From assembly GCA_965221695.1 (NCBI GenBank), contig OZ244905.1, positions 2,720,001-2,784,000 on the forward strand: a DNA stretch of 64,000 nucleotides, read 5' to 3'. Positions 31,904 through 42,300 of this stretch are shown piece after piece (position 1 is the first letter of the stretch; every line of letters starts with the position of its first letter). Source of the stretch: Gammaproteobacteria bacterium. Its GTDB lineage: Bacteria > Pseudomonadota > Gammaproteobacteria > Eutrophobiales > Eutrophobiaceae. The position numbers were made by a program, and so were the translations under genes. The notes beneath the pieces are model-generated. The model did no database searches. It had not been told where the DNA came from and saw only the letters and a list, made by a program, of their open reading frames with translations.

Positions 31904-31946
31904 AGCGTCGGGTTTCCTTTAATTCAGGTAGGGACGGTTTTACGCG

Positions 31947-31983
31947 CTCTGACAAGTCCAGGATGGACGTGTTCAGAGTTTCC
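31947..31983. repeat. One-ended MITE fragment (hairpin 5 plus terminal repeat)
   Basis: CTCTGACAAGTCCAGGATGGACGTGTTCAGAGTTTCC matches the MITE end. Confidence 0.7.
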
Positions 31984-32059
31984 CAAAATCATAAAATGTT
32001 GACATAGATTACAAAAACACGGCATTATCTGCTTACTATTTTATGGGGGTGTTATAAAA

Positions 32060-34333
32060 ATGAAAAATTTCTTTCATTGTACATTGCTGTTGCTATTCTT
32101 CAGTTCCAGTATCTCCTCTGCCGCCGTCCTTGAAGAAATCATCGTCACCGCCACCAAGCGTGAGGAAAGTTTACAGGATGTGCCGGTATCCGTATCGGTT
32201 ATGGACGGCGTGGCGCTGGACAACGCTTCGATAAACAGTCTTGATGAACTGACATTGCGCATGCCATCGGTGATGATGACCGAAGCTCAGGCGGCAACCA
32301 ATATTTTTATCCGCGGCGTCGGTTCGGGGCAGAACTACGGTTTTGAACAGTCCGTCGGCATGTTCATAGACGGCGCCTATTTCAGTCGCAGCCGCGCCTT
32401 TCGCAACCCCTTCTTTGATGTGCAACGTGTGGAAGTCCTTAAGGGCCCGCAGACCGTGCTGTTCGGCAAGAATGTCGTTGCCGGCGCGTTCAATATTGAA
32501 ACCCGGCGTCCGACCGAGGAATGGGAAAACAGTATCAGCGCCTACTGGGATCCGGAGTATGACGGCAAGGAGTTCACTGCAGTCGTATCCGGTCCGCTCA
32601 GCGACAACGTGGGTATTCGTCTCGCCGGCAAATACTACGATGTCGATGGCTATATCGAAAATTCGCTCCCCGGTGTGCCCGACCCGTACCAACGCGAGCA
32701 TTATCTCATCCGCGGCACCATCCAGTGGGATATCACTCCTGATTTCAGCGCTACCCTGAAAGGGGAATTCGGCGCCTATGACGTGACCGGCGGTTACCAT
32801 ACCCAGCCGCAGTTCCTGTCGGCCAATCACCTGGCGCTGACGCAGGCCAATGACCCGCAGGCGGAAGCTGCATTCGATTACCGGGTCTCCATCCCGGCGC
32901 CCCCGGGCGATCCGTTTTTTGACGGTCTGTTCAATGATACCAACATGGAAAATGTGACCCTGACCCTGGACTGGAACGCCGGCGGTCACCAGGTTAAGTC
33001 CATCACCAGCTATGTCGCCTTCGATTTTGAGGCATTGACCAATAATGATCACACCAACCTCAGGATAGTTGCCGGACCGCAACGGCAGGATTCGGAGACC
33101 ATCTCTCAGGAGCTCCGCATCACCTCGCCGCAGGACCAGTTCATCGAATATATTATTGGGGCCTATTATGCCGATGATAAATATCGAACCCGTCTGCAAG
33201 CGTCTCTTGACCTGGGTCAGTCCGCATTGGCCGCGGTATTTCCCATCGTGCGCCTCGGCAGGAACCAGCAGACCCGGCAGGATGGCGAGACCTGGGCGGT
33301 ATTCGGCGAGGCCACGATGAATTTCACGGACCGGGTGCGCTTGATCCTGGGCGCCCGTTATACGGAGGACCGCAAAACGGCTGACAAACGGCTCTGGTAT
33401 TCCGATGTGTCTACATTGGACAATGCCGTGCCGGATCCGGCCATCGCTGCAATCTATAACGGCGTTATCGGTGTGGAACATGACCTCCGGGGCGTGAAAC
33501 GCAAGACCGATGACGTCCCATTTGCCGTGACCGGTGAATTTGATGCAAGTGATGACCTGATGGTCTATGTAACCTATAGAGAAGGGTTCAAGGCCGGCGG
33601 GTTTGATGAGGACTTTAATTCCGGCGTGTTCTCGGAATATGAATTTGAAGACGAGCAGGTGGAGTCGTTTGCATACGGCGCCAAGATGACACTGGCGGAC
33701 GGCAGGGCGTATATCAATGCCGAATATTTCCACTCGGAATACAGCAACCTACAGGTCTCAACCTTCTCCGTCGCCAGTTTCCTGGTAGGCAATGCAGCCT
33801 CGGCCACCACCCAGGGGCTGGATGTAGACGCACGTTGGCTGGTCACGGATCAATTCAGTGTAGGCGGCGCGTTTGTCTGGTTGGACGCCGAATACGATAA
33901 CTACGAATCCGGCCCCTGCTTGCTTGACGCTGCCGGCAACGAAATCGCGGACTTTTGTGACCTGTCGGGTCGCCCGCTGCAATACGCGCCTGATATCGAA
34001 TTCAATATCTACGCGGATCTGGTCGTGCCTGTCTACCAGGGCTGGGAACTTGGGCTGACCGGCGATCTCACCTATTCGGATGACTTCTACCTGGCAGGCG
34101 ATCTCGATCCGGACTATGTGCAGGAAGACTATGCCAAGCTCAATGCCACCCTGAGCCTGGCCTCACCCGACGGCAGGTACCGCTTTTCTGTCATCGGCAA
34201 GAATCTGACCGACAAGCAGACTTCGCACCAGCAGAATGATATTCCGCTGGCAGGTTTGTATGGCGGCAAGGCCGGTTCGGCATTCTCCGACCCGCCGCGC
34301 GTCGTCGCACTGCAGGCAGAGGTTAAATTCTGA
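32060..34333 (+). CDS. TonB-dependent receptor
   Basis: LEEIIVTATKREE TonB box, RVEVLKGPQ.VLFG plug motif, C-terminal Phe. Confidence 0.93.
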   Translation: MKNFFHCTLLLLFFSSSISSAAVLEEIIVTATKREESLQDVPVSVSVMDGVALDNASINSLDELTLRMPSVMMTEAQAATNIFIRGVGSGQNYGFEQSVGMFIDGAYFSRSRAFRNPFFDVQRVEVLKGPQTVLFGKNVVAGAFNIETRRPTEEWENSISAYWDPEYDGKEFTAVVSGPLSDNVGIRLAGKYYDVDGYIENSLPGVPDPYQREHYLIRGTIQWDITPDFSATLKGEFGAYDVTGGYHTQPQFLSANHLALTQANDPQAEAAFDYRVSIPAPPGDPFFDGLFNDTNMENVTLTLDWNAGGHQVKSITSYVAFDFEALTNNDHTNLRIVAGPQRQDSETISQELRITSPQDQFIEYIIGAYYADDKYRTRLQASLDLGQSALAAVFPIVRLGRNQQTRQDGETWAVFGEATMNFTDRVRLILGARYTEDRKTADKRLWYSDVSTLDNAVPDPAIAAIYNGVIGVEHDLRGVKRKTDDVPFAVTGEFDASDDLMVYVTYREGFKAGGFDEDFNSGVFSEYEFEDEQVESFAYGAKMTLADGRAYINAEYFHSEYSNLQVSTFSVASFLVGNAASATTQGLDVDARWLVTDQFSVGGAFVWLDAEYDNYESGPCLLDAAGNEIADFCDLSGRPLQYAPDIEFNIYADLVVPVYQGWELGLTGDLTYSDDFYLAGDLDPDYVQEDYAKLNATLSLASPDGRYRFSVIGKNLTDKQTSHQQNDIPLAGLYGGKAGSAFSDPPRVVALQAEVKF

Positions 34334-34391
34334 CTTGCATAATCGGTAACTGCCCGGCGAAAGAGCGGCTGGTACGGTTCCTCTTTTGGTG

Positions 34392-36167
34392 ATGCGAACC
34401 GGTTGCAAAGCGGGAACGCCTTTTTACAGCACGCTGTTGGTCGTGGCGATGCTGTCAGTTATTGTGCCCGGGGCGCCTGCGCGTGATACCAGCCTGTACT
34501 GGGGTGACACCCATTTACACACGAACAACTCACCCGACGCATCGCTGAACGGCAACATTCGCATTGGTCCGGAAGAGGCGTTCCGTTTCGCCCGCGGCGA
34601 AGCCGTCGAAGGCCACAGCGGCGCACCGGCAAAACTGGAAAGGCCGCTGGACTTTCTGGTGGTAAGTGACCATGCTGAATATCTCGGCTTGCTGCCGAGA
34701 ATACGCGATGGCGATACGCTGGTATTGAAAAATGCTGTGACCCGGCGCTGGCGCGACATGATAGACAGCGGTGATGGGGAACAGACCTGGAAAGCGATGT
34801 TTGAAGTCCTGGAGGACATTGAGACGAACAACCCGAGTTTCGATGATACGGATATAAGGCATTCCACCTGGGGGCGCTTTATCGAACTTGCCGACAGATA
34901 TAACGAACCGGGCAGGTTTACCGCATTCATCGGTTTTGAGTGGACCTCGATGCCGGACGGGAACAACCTGCACAGGGTGGTCATTTTCCGGGACGGCGCC
35001 GCAAAGGCAGGAACGGTATTGCCGTTCTCGGCGTTTGACGGCGATGACCCGGAACAACTCTGGGCGTTCCTGGAGAATTACGAGACGGACACGGGGGGCA
35101 GGGCGCTTGCCATTCCCCACAACGGTAATATGAGCAACGGTCGCATGTTCCCGGAAACAGACTTCGAGGGTAGACCGATCGACGGGGATTACGCTCGCGC
35201 CAGGTCCCGCTGGGAACCCCTGTATGAAGTCACCCAGATCAAGGGTGACGCGGAGACACATCCGCAATTATCTCCCCGGGACCTTTTTGCCGATTTCGAG
35301 AACTGGGACAGGGGCAACATCACTGCAACAGCGCTGAAACAGACCGGGATGCTCAAGGCCGAATATGCGCGCGCGGCGCTGCAGACGGGCCTGGGACTCG
35401 AACGGCAGGTCGGCGCCAATCCGTACCGTTTCGGACTGATCGGCAGTTCGGATGCGCATACCGGATTTGCCGCCGTGGCTGAGCGGAACTTCTGGGGCAA
35501 GTTTTCCGTGTACGAGCCTGGTTTGCACCGCCTGACACACCACTCGGTTGTGAAGGGCAGGCAGGGGAAGACATACGATATCTGGGCTTACGAGATGGTT
35601 GCCTCGGGTTATGCCGCGGTCTGGGCAACGGAAAATACCCGCGCCGCGCTGTTCGATGCCATGCAACGCAGAGAAGTTTACGCCACCACCGGCTCGCGTA
35701 TCAGGCTACAGTATTTTGCGGGCTGGGATTTCCTGCCCGAGGATGCAAACGGCGACGATTTTGCCGCCAATGGTTATCGAAACGGCGTGCCCATGGGCGG
35801 CACACTGAGCGCCGCCCCGGCAAACTCCGGGCCGGCGTTCATCATCAATGCGCTCAAGGACCCGGCCGGCGTTTCGCTTGAACGGGTCCAGGTCATCAAG
35901 GGATGGGTCGATGAAAATGGAGACACTCATGAAATCATCCATGATGCAGCCGTTGCGGAAAACGGCGCAGTCGGTTTCCACACCTATTGGCAAGACCCGG
36001 ATTTTGATCCCCGGCAGCATGCCTTTTATTACCTGAGGGTCCTTGAGATACCCAAACCCCGCTGGACGACACTGGAGGCTCGGCGGCTGAATACGGCTCT
36101 GCCGGAACAGGTACCTGCGCAGATACAGGACAGGGCATACAGCAGTCCCGTCTGGTACAGTCCGTGA
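34392..36167 (+). CDS. DUF3604 (PHP-like metal-binding) secreted protein
   Basis: YWGDTHLHT, VSDHAE, FEWTS, NLHRVV, IPHNGN, GSSDAH, YATTG and C-terminal RAYSSPVWY. Confidence 0.85.
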   Translation: MRTGCKAGTPFYSTLLVVAMLSVIVPGAPARDTSLYWGDTHLHTNNSPDASLNGNIRIGPEEAFRFARGEAVEGHSGAPAKLERPLDFLVVSDHAEYLGLLPRIRDGDTLVLKNAVTRRWRDMIDSGDGEQTWKAMFEVLEDIETNNPSFDDTDIRHSTWGRFIELADRYNEPGRFTAFIGFEWTSMPDGNNLHRVVIFRDGAAKAGTVLPFSAFDGDDPEQLWAFLENYETDTGGRALAIPHNGNMSNGRMFPETDFEGRPIDGDYARARSRWEPLYEVTQIKGDAETHPQLSPRDLFADFENWDRGNITATALKQTGMLKAEYARAALQTGLGLERQVGANPYRFGLIGSSDAHTGFAAVAERNFWGKFSVYEPGLHRLTHHSVVKGRQGKTYDIWAYEMVASGYAAVWATENTRAALFDAMQRREVYATTGSRIRLQYFAGWDFLPEDANGDDFAANGYRNGVPMGGTLSAAPANSGPAFIINALKDPAGVSLERVQVIKGWVDENGDTHEIIHDAAVAENGAVGFHTYWQDPDFDPRQHAFYYLRVLEIPKPRWTTLEARRLNTALPEQVPAQIQDRAYSSPVWYSP

Positions 36168-38380
36168 TGCCGAAGAATGCCGATAAATTCAGGCATTGTC
36201 CCGGTCTCCTCCTGTGTTTGTGCATAGCCCTGACGGCCTGTGCCGAACCGGATGTTCCCGCGGATGGCGTGCTGACCGCGACCAACGGGGAAGCGGAGTT
36301 TGGTCAGATCGATGACGAGCGCATACTGAACCATGCGGATGACCCCGACAACTGGCTGGCCCATGGGCGTGATTACAGTGAGAAGCGGTTTTCACCTCTC
36401 AGTGAGATAAACAAGTCCAATGTATCCGGACTGGGTCTGGCGTGGGCGCTCGATATGGGCACGAACCGGGCGCAGGAGGCAACGCCCATCGTCGTGGACG
36501 ATACACTTTTTCTCACCAGCGCCTGGAGCCGCGTGTTCGCCATTGATGCCCGCACGGGTTCAATACGCTGGAAATACGATCCGCAAGTGCCCGGCGCCTG
36601 GTCGCGGCGCGCCTGTTGCGACGTGGTCAACCGCGGCGTTGCCGTATACCGCGGGCGCGTCTATGTGGGCAGTCTTGACGGTCGCCTGATAGCTTTGGAC
36701 GCGGCGACCGGCGCAGAGGTTTGGCAAGTGGACACGCTCATCGATCGGGACCGGTTTTACACCATCACCGGCGCGCCTCGGGCCGCCCGCGGCAAAGTTT
36801 ACATTGGCAATGGCGGCGCAGAGTTCGGCGTGAGGGGATATGTGTCGGCCTACGATGCGGATACGGGCAAACTTGCGTGGCGTTTTTATACCGTTCCCGG
36901 CGATCCTTCGCAACCCTACGAACATCCCGAACTGGAACTGGCCGTTGCCACCTGGAGTGGTAATGAATGGTGGAAATACGGAGGCGGCGGGACAGTATGG
37001 AATTCGATCGTGTACGACGCCGAATTCAATCATCTTTATATCGGCGTCGGTAACGGTTCCCCCTGGGCGCGCGCGATACGCTCACCGGGCGGCGGCGACA
37101 ACCTGTTTCTGTCCTCAATCGTAGCCCTGGATGCCGACAGCGGCAGGATGAAATGGTATTACCAGACCACACCGGCGGATAACTGGGACTATACCGCGGT
37201 GCAGGACATGGCCCTGGCGGAGCTGGAAGTCGGCGGGGAACTGCGCAAGGTATTGTTGCAGGCGCCGAAGAACGGGTTTTTCTACGTGCTTGATCGCAGT
37301 GACGGTGAATTGCTGCGCGCGCACCCATACAGCGCAGTGAACTGGGCAACCCATGTCGACCTGGAAACCGGGCGGCCCGTGGAAAACCCTGATCTGGATT
37401 ATCTCGAACAGGAAAAATGGGTGCTGCCGGGTTCCGCAGGCGCCCATGGCTGGCAGGCCATGTCCGTCGATGAAATGAGCGGCCTGGTGTATATCCCCAC
37501 CCAGGAAAGTCCTCTTATCTTTGCCATGGCCGATGAATGGAAACAGAGCGGGCGCTTCGAGAGAAACCCCGGCAGATGGAATATCGGCCTTGAGGTCGGG
37601 CGCCTGGCGCAGTTGTTTGTTGATAATGTTGCGACCCAACCGGCGCCGGCAGGCGCGCTGAAGGCATTCGACCCCATCAGTGGAGAGACCCGCTGGGAGG
37701 TGCGCAATCCCTATTACTGGAACGGCGGGGTACTGGCCACACAGGGCGGCCTGGTATTCCAGGGGGATGCCAACGGTGTCTTGTCTGCCTACGACAAGGA
37801 AAACGGCGACAGCTTATGGCAGTTCAATACCTGGACATCCATACTTGCGCCGCCGGTCACCTACAGCATCGACGGCACGCAATATGTTGCGTTGCTGACC
37901 GGTGGCGGCGGCGCCGACCTGTTCGGCGGCGAAGCGGACACGGCTACGAGCAAATACGGGAACAGGGGACAACTGCTGGCATTTCGCCTCGGTGGAGATG
38001 CGCTGCTGCCCGAACCCGAGCCGTTGGACAAGCGCATACCGGAACAGCCCGCGGTAACGGTGGACAGCATGGTGATTGCGCAGGGAGAACTGCTGTATAA
38101 CAACTTCTGCGCCACGTGCCATGGCCTGTTGGCGCGCTCGGGTGGGTCTATCCCTGACCTGAGACTGATGTCCGACCAAAGCCATGCCCTGTTCCATGAT
38201 ATCGTCAGTGATGGGATCCTGTCCGCGAACGGCATGGCGGGATTCGGGGATATCCTGACTACGGCTGAAGTTGAAAAAATTCACCACTATGTGCGCGCGC
38301 GGGCCTCGGAAGACAGGGCCGTGGCAACAGGCGATAAGCAACAGGCGACACTGACCTGGCTGTCGCCGCCGGAAGAGTAA
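36164..38380 (+). CDS. PQQ-dependent quinohemoprotein (type II) alcohol dehydrogenase-like lipoprotein
   Basis: LTAC lipobox, CCDVVNRG vicinal cysteines, GNGGAE, WDYT, QAPKNGFFY, C-terminal CATCH heme motif. Confidence 0.92.
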   Translation: MMPKNADKFRHCPGLLLCLCIALTACAEPDVPADGVLTATNGEAEFGQIDDERILNHADDPDNWLAHGRDYSEKRFSPLSEINKSNVSGLGLAWALDMGTNRAQEATPIVVDDTLFLTSAWSRVFAIDARTGSIRWKYDPQVPGAWSRRACCDVVNRGVAVYRGRVYVGSLDGRLIALDAATGAEVWQVDTLIDRDRFYTITGAPRAARGKVYIGNGGAEFGVRGYVSAYDADTGKLAWRFYTVPGDPSQPYEHPELELAVATWSGNEWWKYGGGGTVWNSIVYDAEFNHLYIGVGNGSPWARAIRSPGGGDNLFLSSIVALDADSGRMKWYYQTTPADNWDYTAVQDMALAELEVGGELRKVLLQAPKNGFFYVLDRSDGELLRAHPYSAVNWATHVDLETGRPVENPDLDYLEQEKWVLPGSAGAHGWQAMSVDEMSGLVYIPTQESPLIFAMADEWKQSGRFERNPGRWNIGLEVGRLAQLFVDNVATQPAPAGALKAFDPISGETRWEVRNPYYWNGGVLATQGGLVFQGDANGVLSAYDKENGDSLWQFNTWTSILAPPVTYSIDGTQYVALLTGGGGADLFGGEADTATSKYGNRGQLLAFRLGGDALLPEPEPLDKRIPEQPAVTVDSMVIAQGELLYNNFCATCHGLLARSGGSIPDLRLMSDQSHALFHDIVSDGILSANGMAGFGDILTTAEVEKIHHYVRARASEDRAVATGDKQQATLTWLSPPEE

Positions 38381-38384
38381 TACC

Positions 38385-39509
38385 ATGCAGATAACAGATG
38401 TGCGCCTGCGCCGTTTACGGGTCATCGAGGAAGTGGGGACGGTGCAACTGGCCTGGAGTCCGGGCGATCAGATGCTGATCCAAAAAGGGGGCGGCGGTTT
38501 TGTTGAAGTTCTGACTGATGAAGGTATTGCCGGAATTGGTCCGGAGGTGGATGACCGCTTCATCCCGGTGTTGAAGAAGATACTCATCGGCAGGGACCCC
38601 ATGGAAGTGGAAAAGCTCAGCGCGATGCTGGAGTATTACCTTCAGGCAGGGACCCATTACCAACATGTGGCCGGAGTGGATATCGCGCTGTGGGATATCG
38701 TGGGCAAGGCCAGGGGCTTGCCCCTGTATAAACTATGGGGCGGAAGTAAGGATCGTATTGTGCCCTATGCCGCAATGATCATGTTGTCCACGCCTGAGGA
38801 AAGGGCGGATATGGCGCGCCGGCTCAGGGATCAGGGCTGGCAGGCAATAAAGCTGCGTCTGCACCATGAGACCATGGCGGAAGATATCCGCACGGTGGCC
38901 AAGGTCAGGGACGCAGTGGGCAGCGATATGCGCATCATGGTGGATGCCAACCAGGCACAATCCAAGGGTGACTGGCAACCGGGGGTGAGATGGGACTACC
39001 GGCGCGCGTACGACACCGCGCTGGAATTGCAACAGCTTGACTGCGTATGGCTGGAGGAGCCCAGGCCGCGCTATGCATTCGAGGAGCTGGCCAGGCTGAA
39101 TGATTCGGTGGAGATAGACCTGGCAGGCGGTGAAAATGCCGCTGTCCTTTACGAGTTTCAACAGATGTGCGAACTGGGCGCCTACAGCATATTGCAACCG
39201 GAATGCCTGGTATTGACCGGGATCACCGAAACCCTGAAGGTGGGGGAGATTGCAAAAAAATACGGCAAACAGGTTGCCCCCCATAACGGCTACGTGAAAC
39301 TCGGGTTGATCGCCCATATGCACATGGTGGCAAGCTGGCCGCACGCACCGTACCTGGAGCTGATCCACGACCCACCCGTCGGCGATTACCGCAATTTTTT
39401 TGCGTTGATGGATAATCCACCCCTGGTTGATGAACACGGGTGCATGACCGTACCGTCAGCGCCCGGCCTCGGCGTGGATATAGCCCCGGACCTGATCATC
39501 CCTGACTGA
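38385..39509 (+). CDS. Enolase-superfamily (MR/MLE) enzyme
   Basis: GVDIALWDI, KLR, VDANQ, LEEP, GGEN, PHN, PGLGV. Confidence 0.88.
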   Translation: MQITDVRLRRLRVIEEVGTVQLAWSPGDQMLIQKGGGGFVEVLTDEGIAGIGPEVDDRFIPVLKKILIGRDPMEVEKLSAMLEYYLQAGTHYQHVAGVDIALWDIVGKARGLPLYKLWGGSKDRIVPYAAMIMLSTPEERADMARRLRDQGWQAIKLRLHHETMAEDIRTVAKVRDAVGSDMRIMVDANQAQSKGDWQPGVRWDYRRAYDTALELQQLDCVWLEEPRPRYAFEELARLNDSVEIDLAGGENAAVLYEFQQMCELGAYSILQPECLVLTGITETLKVGEIAKKYGKQVAPHNGYVKLGLIAHMHMVASWPHAPYLELIHDPPVGDYRNFFALMDNPPLVDEHGCMTVPSAPGLGVDIAPDLIIPD

Positions 39510-39549
39510 GCAACCCCTGTCCTGATCGCCGGTCGTGATCCCAAACAAG

Positions 39550-39578
39550 GGGACCTCTGATTAAGTCTCAGAGTTTCC
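39550..39578. repeat. Mini-MITE with CAAG duplication
   Basis: caag-GGGACCTCTGATTAAGTCTCAGAGTTTCC-caag. Confidence 0.72.
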
Positions 39579-39660
39579 CAAGATATCTATTCAGGGACCC
39601 TGTTCAACAATTTGTGTTACTCTGCGGTGAAATAAAAGCGAATAACATCGGGAGAACCCT

Positions 39661-40770
39661 ATGCACGTACATGCACTGGCGGCCGTTGCGCGGTCGCCCG
39701 AGGCGCCGTTTGATTTTCGCGAAATGGAACTGCTGCCACCGCGCAGTAACGAAGTACAGGTCAGGATTGCGGCGACCGGTATCTGCCATACGGATATTGC
39801 AGTCAAAGAACAGGCATTTCCATTGCCCTTGCCCATGGTGCTGGGCCATGAAGGCGCCGGGGTTGTCGAGGCGGTAGGTGAAGAAGTCACCCATCTACAG
39901 GTCGGGGACCATGTCGTGTTATGTGGCGATTCCTGTGGTAGGTGCGGTAATTGCCACCAGGGGTTGCCGTTTTACTGCCGCGAATTCCCGGAGCGCAACC
40001 TGAGTGGCCTGCGCACTGACGGCAGCACCAGCCTGGTGTGCGATGGAGAGCCGATGCGGGGACGGTTTGTCGCCCAGTCGTCATTTTCCACCCGGGTGAT
40101 CGGCGCCGCAAGAGGCGCAATAAAAGTCCCCGGCGATTTACCCCTTGAATTGTTGGGGCCGCTGGGCTGTGGACTTGCCACCGGCGTGGGCACGGTGATG
40201 AATGCGCTGCGTCCGAGCGCCGGTTCAAGTATCGCGATTTTCGGCGCCGGAACCGTAGGGCTTGCCGCGGTGATGGGCGCGCGCCTTTCGGGTTGTACCT
40301 GCATAATCGTTACCGACATCCGGCCCGCGCGGCTTGAAATGGCGCGCGAACTGGGCGCGACCCATGTGCTTGATGCCGGTACGGAGGATGTGGTTGACGC
40401 GATCCATTCCATTACCGGCGGCGGCGCCAATTATGCGGTCGAATGCACGGGTGTACCCGAAGTCGTTATCCAGTCGGTCAACTGCCTTGCCCCGCCCGGC
40501 TGGTGTGCGCAGGTTGGGGTGACGCCTGCCGCCGCCACCGTGCCCCTGGAAATGGACCAGGTGATTTTCGGGCGCGGCCTGCGCGGTGTGGTGATGGGCG
40601 AAGCGAATGTGCAGGTCTTTGTACCGTTCCTGGCCGACCTGTTCAGGCAGGGGCGGCTCCCCTATGACCGCTTCGTCAAGTTCTATGACTTTGCCGATAT
40701 CGACCGGGCAGTACATGACAGCGCCGTCACCGGCGAGGTGATCAAGCCGATCCTGCGCATGCCGGAATAG
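39661..40770 (+). CDS. Zn-dependent NAD(P) aryl-alcohol dehydrogenase-like enzyme
   Basis: GICHTD, GHEGAG, CGRCGNC..C, PLGCG, FGAGTVG, VIKPIL. Confidence 0.88.
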   Translation: MHVHALAAVARSPEAPFDFREMELLPPRSNEVQVRIAATGICHTDIAVKEQAFPLPLPMVLGHEGAGVVEAVGEEVTHLQVGDHVVLCGDSCGRCGNCHQGLPFYCREFPERNLSGLRTDGSTSLVCDGEPMRGRFVAQSSFSTRVIGAARGAIKVPGDLPLELLGPLGCGLATGVGTVMNALRPSAGSSIAIFGAGTVGLAAVMGARLSGCTCIIVTDIRPARLEMARELGATHVLDAGTEDVVDAIHSITGGGANYAVECTGVPEVVIQSVNCLAPPGWCAQVGVTPAAATVPLEMDQVIFGRGLRGVVMGEANVQVFVPFLADLFRQGRLPYDRFVKFYDFADIDRAVHDSAVTGEVIKPILRMPE

Positions 40771-40816
40771 GTTAGTCCCTTTTCCTTTTAATTCTGATTA
40801 TGTTCAGAGCAAAGCC

Positions 40817-42130
40817 GTGGCGTCAAGACAAGGCTCAGTCCGCAGTCCGGTGAATAGTCTGAATCCCTCCCTGCGGGAATACTGGCCCCGGCGTTACACG
40901 CTGACCGGCCTGGCGGTTATCGCGATGTTCATCTGCTACATGGACCGGGTGAACATTTCCATTGCCATCATACCGATGGCTGACGACATGGGTTGGCAGC
41001 CGGAACAACAGGGCATGGTATTGTCGTCTTTTTTTCTCGGTTACCTGTTAACCCAGGTCCTCGGTGGCCGCCTGGCGGATCGCCATGGCGGCAAGCTTGT
41101 GCTGGGAGTTGCGGTACTGGTCTGGTCGTTGTTCACGTTTGTCACACCCGTAGCTGCAATGGCCGGTTTCGGCGCACTGCTCCTGGCGCGTATCGGTATG
41201 GGCGCAGGCGAAGGCGTGGCGTTGCCGGCCGTTTACAGTCTCTACGGTCGCTGGTTGCCGCGTCATGAGTTTTCCCGCGCCATTGGCGCTACCTTTTCTG
41301 CGATGACCCTGGGGATTGTTTTCGGCATGGCAGCCACGCCCTGGATCATCGTCAATTTCGGTTGGCACTGGGCATTTTATTCATTCGGTCTCGCCGGTTT
41401 TGCCTGGTTCATCTTCTGGCACAAAAGCGCTGCGTCGCATCCTGACCTGCATTCGGGTATCAGCGAGCAAGAGCGCGCGCTGATACGCAGGGATGCGGCG
41501 CCGGTCACGGCAACACAGGCGCCGCCCTGGGGCCAGTTGTTAACCACACCGGCCGTCTGGGCTATCATCGTGGCCCATTTCTGTTCCAACTGGGGTGTGT
41601 ACGTGCTGCTGGCGTGGATGCCCACCTATATCAACAAGGGGTTGCAGGTTGATTTCAATGCGGTGGGCTTGTATGCAATGATCCCCTACATCGCCGCCTT
41701 CCTGTTCTTTAACATAGCCGGCGCGCTCGCAGACAGACTGGCCATGCGTGGTTGGGAGACAATAAAAATCCGCAAGTTGATGCAAGTCATCGGTTTTGGC
41801 GGACCGGCGCTGATCCTGATGTTCGTCGGTAATGTCGATAATGCAGAAGCCGCGATTGCATTGATGACACTGGCCAATATTTTTATAGCCTTCAATGCGG
41901 GCGCTTTCATCGTCAACCACCTGGACATAGCCCCGAAATACGCCGGCGTTTTGATGGGCCTGTCGAACACGGCAGGCACAATACCGGGTATCATAGGCGT
42001 TTATGTCAGCGGAATGATACTGGGGCTGACTGGTTCGTGGACGCTGGTGTTTCAGCTCGCAGCGCTGGTATACCTGCTGGGGCTGGTATTCTACCTGGCG
42101 TTCGCATCGGGCAAACGCCTGTTTGATTAG
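40817..42130 (+). CDS. MFS transporter, anion:cation symporter (ACS) family
   Basis: ICYMDRVNISIAI, SSFFLGY, GGRLADRHG, WMPTY, NHLDIAPKYAG. Confidence 0.9.
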   Translation: MASRQGSVRSPVNSLNPSLREYWPRRYTLTGLAVIAMFICYMDRVNISIAIIPMADDMGWQPEQQGMVLSSFFLGYLLTQVLGGRLADRHGGKLVLGVAVLVWSLFTFVTPVAAMAGFGALLLARIGMGAGEGVALPAVYSLYGRWLPRHEFSRAIGATFSAMTLGIVFGMAATPWIIVNFGWHWAFYSFGLAGFAWFIFWHKSAASHPDLHSGISEQERALIRRDAAPVTATQAPPWGQLLTTPAVWAIIVAHFCSNWGVYVLLAWMPTYINKGLQVDFNAVGLYAMIPYIAAFLFFNIAGALADRLAMRGWETIKIRKLMQVIGFGGPALILMFVGNVDNAEAAIALMTLANIFIAFNAGAFIVNHLDIAPKYAGVLMGLSNTAGTIPGIIGVYVSGMILGLTGSWTLVFQLAALVYLLGLVFYLAFASGKRLFD

Positions 42131-42281
42131 GGAAACTCTGAACAAGTCCATCCTGGACTTGTCAGAGTACGGAAAACAAAAATGCGATTTTTGTTTTCCT
42201 CACAATATCAATGCCTTACAGACATTGATATTGACGATACATCCTTGTATCGTAGGAACCTCTGACTTAATCAGAGGTTCC
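42131..42281. mobile_element. 151-bp five-hairpin MITE, copy 2 (inverted relative to copy 1)
   Basis: Flanked by TTAG on both sides; the left TAG is the MFS stop codon. Confidence 0.87.
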
Positions 42282-42300
42282 TTAGTTTTGGAGACAACTT

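Noticed and set aside
32171-33733. 520-aa minus-strand ORF and similar long antisense ORFs (e.g. 60808-61884)
   Set aside because: They fully overlap well-supported genes on the opposite strand and show no domain motifs.
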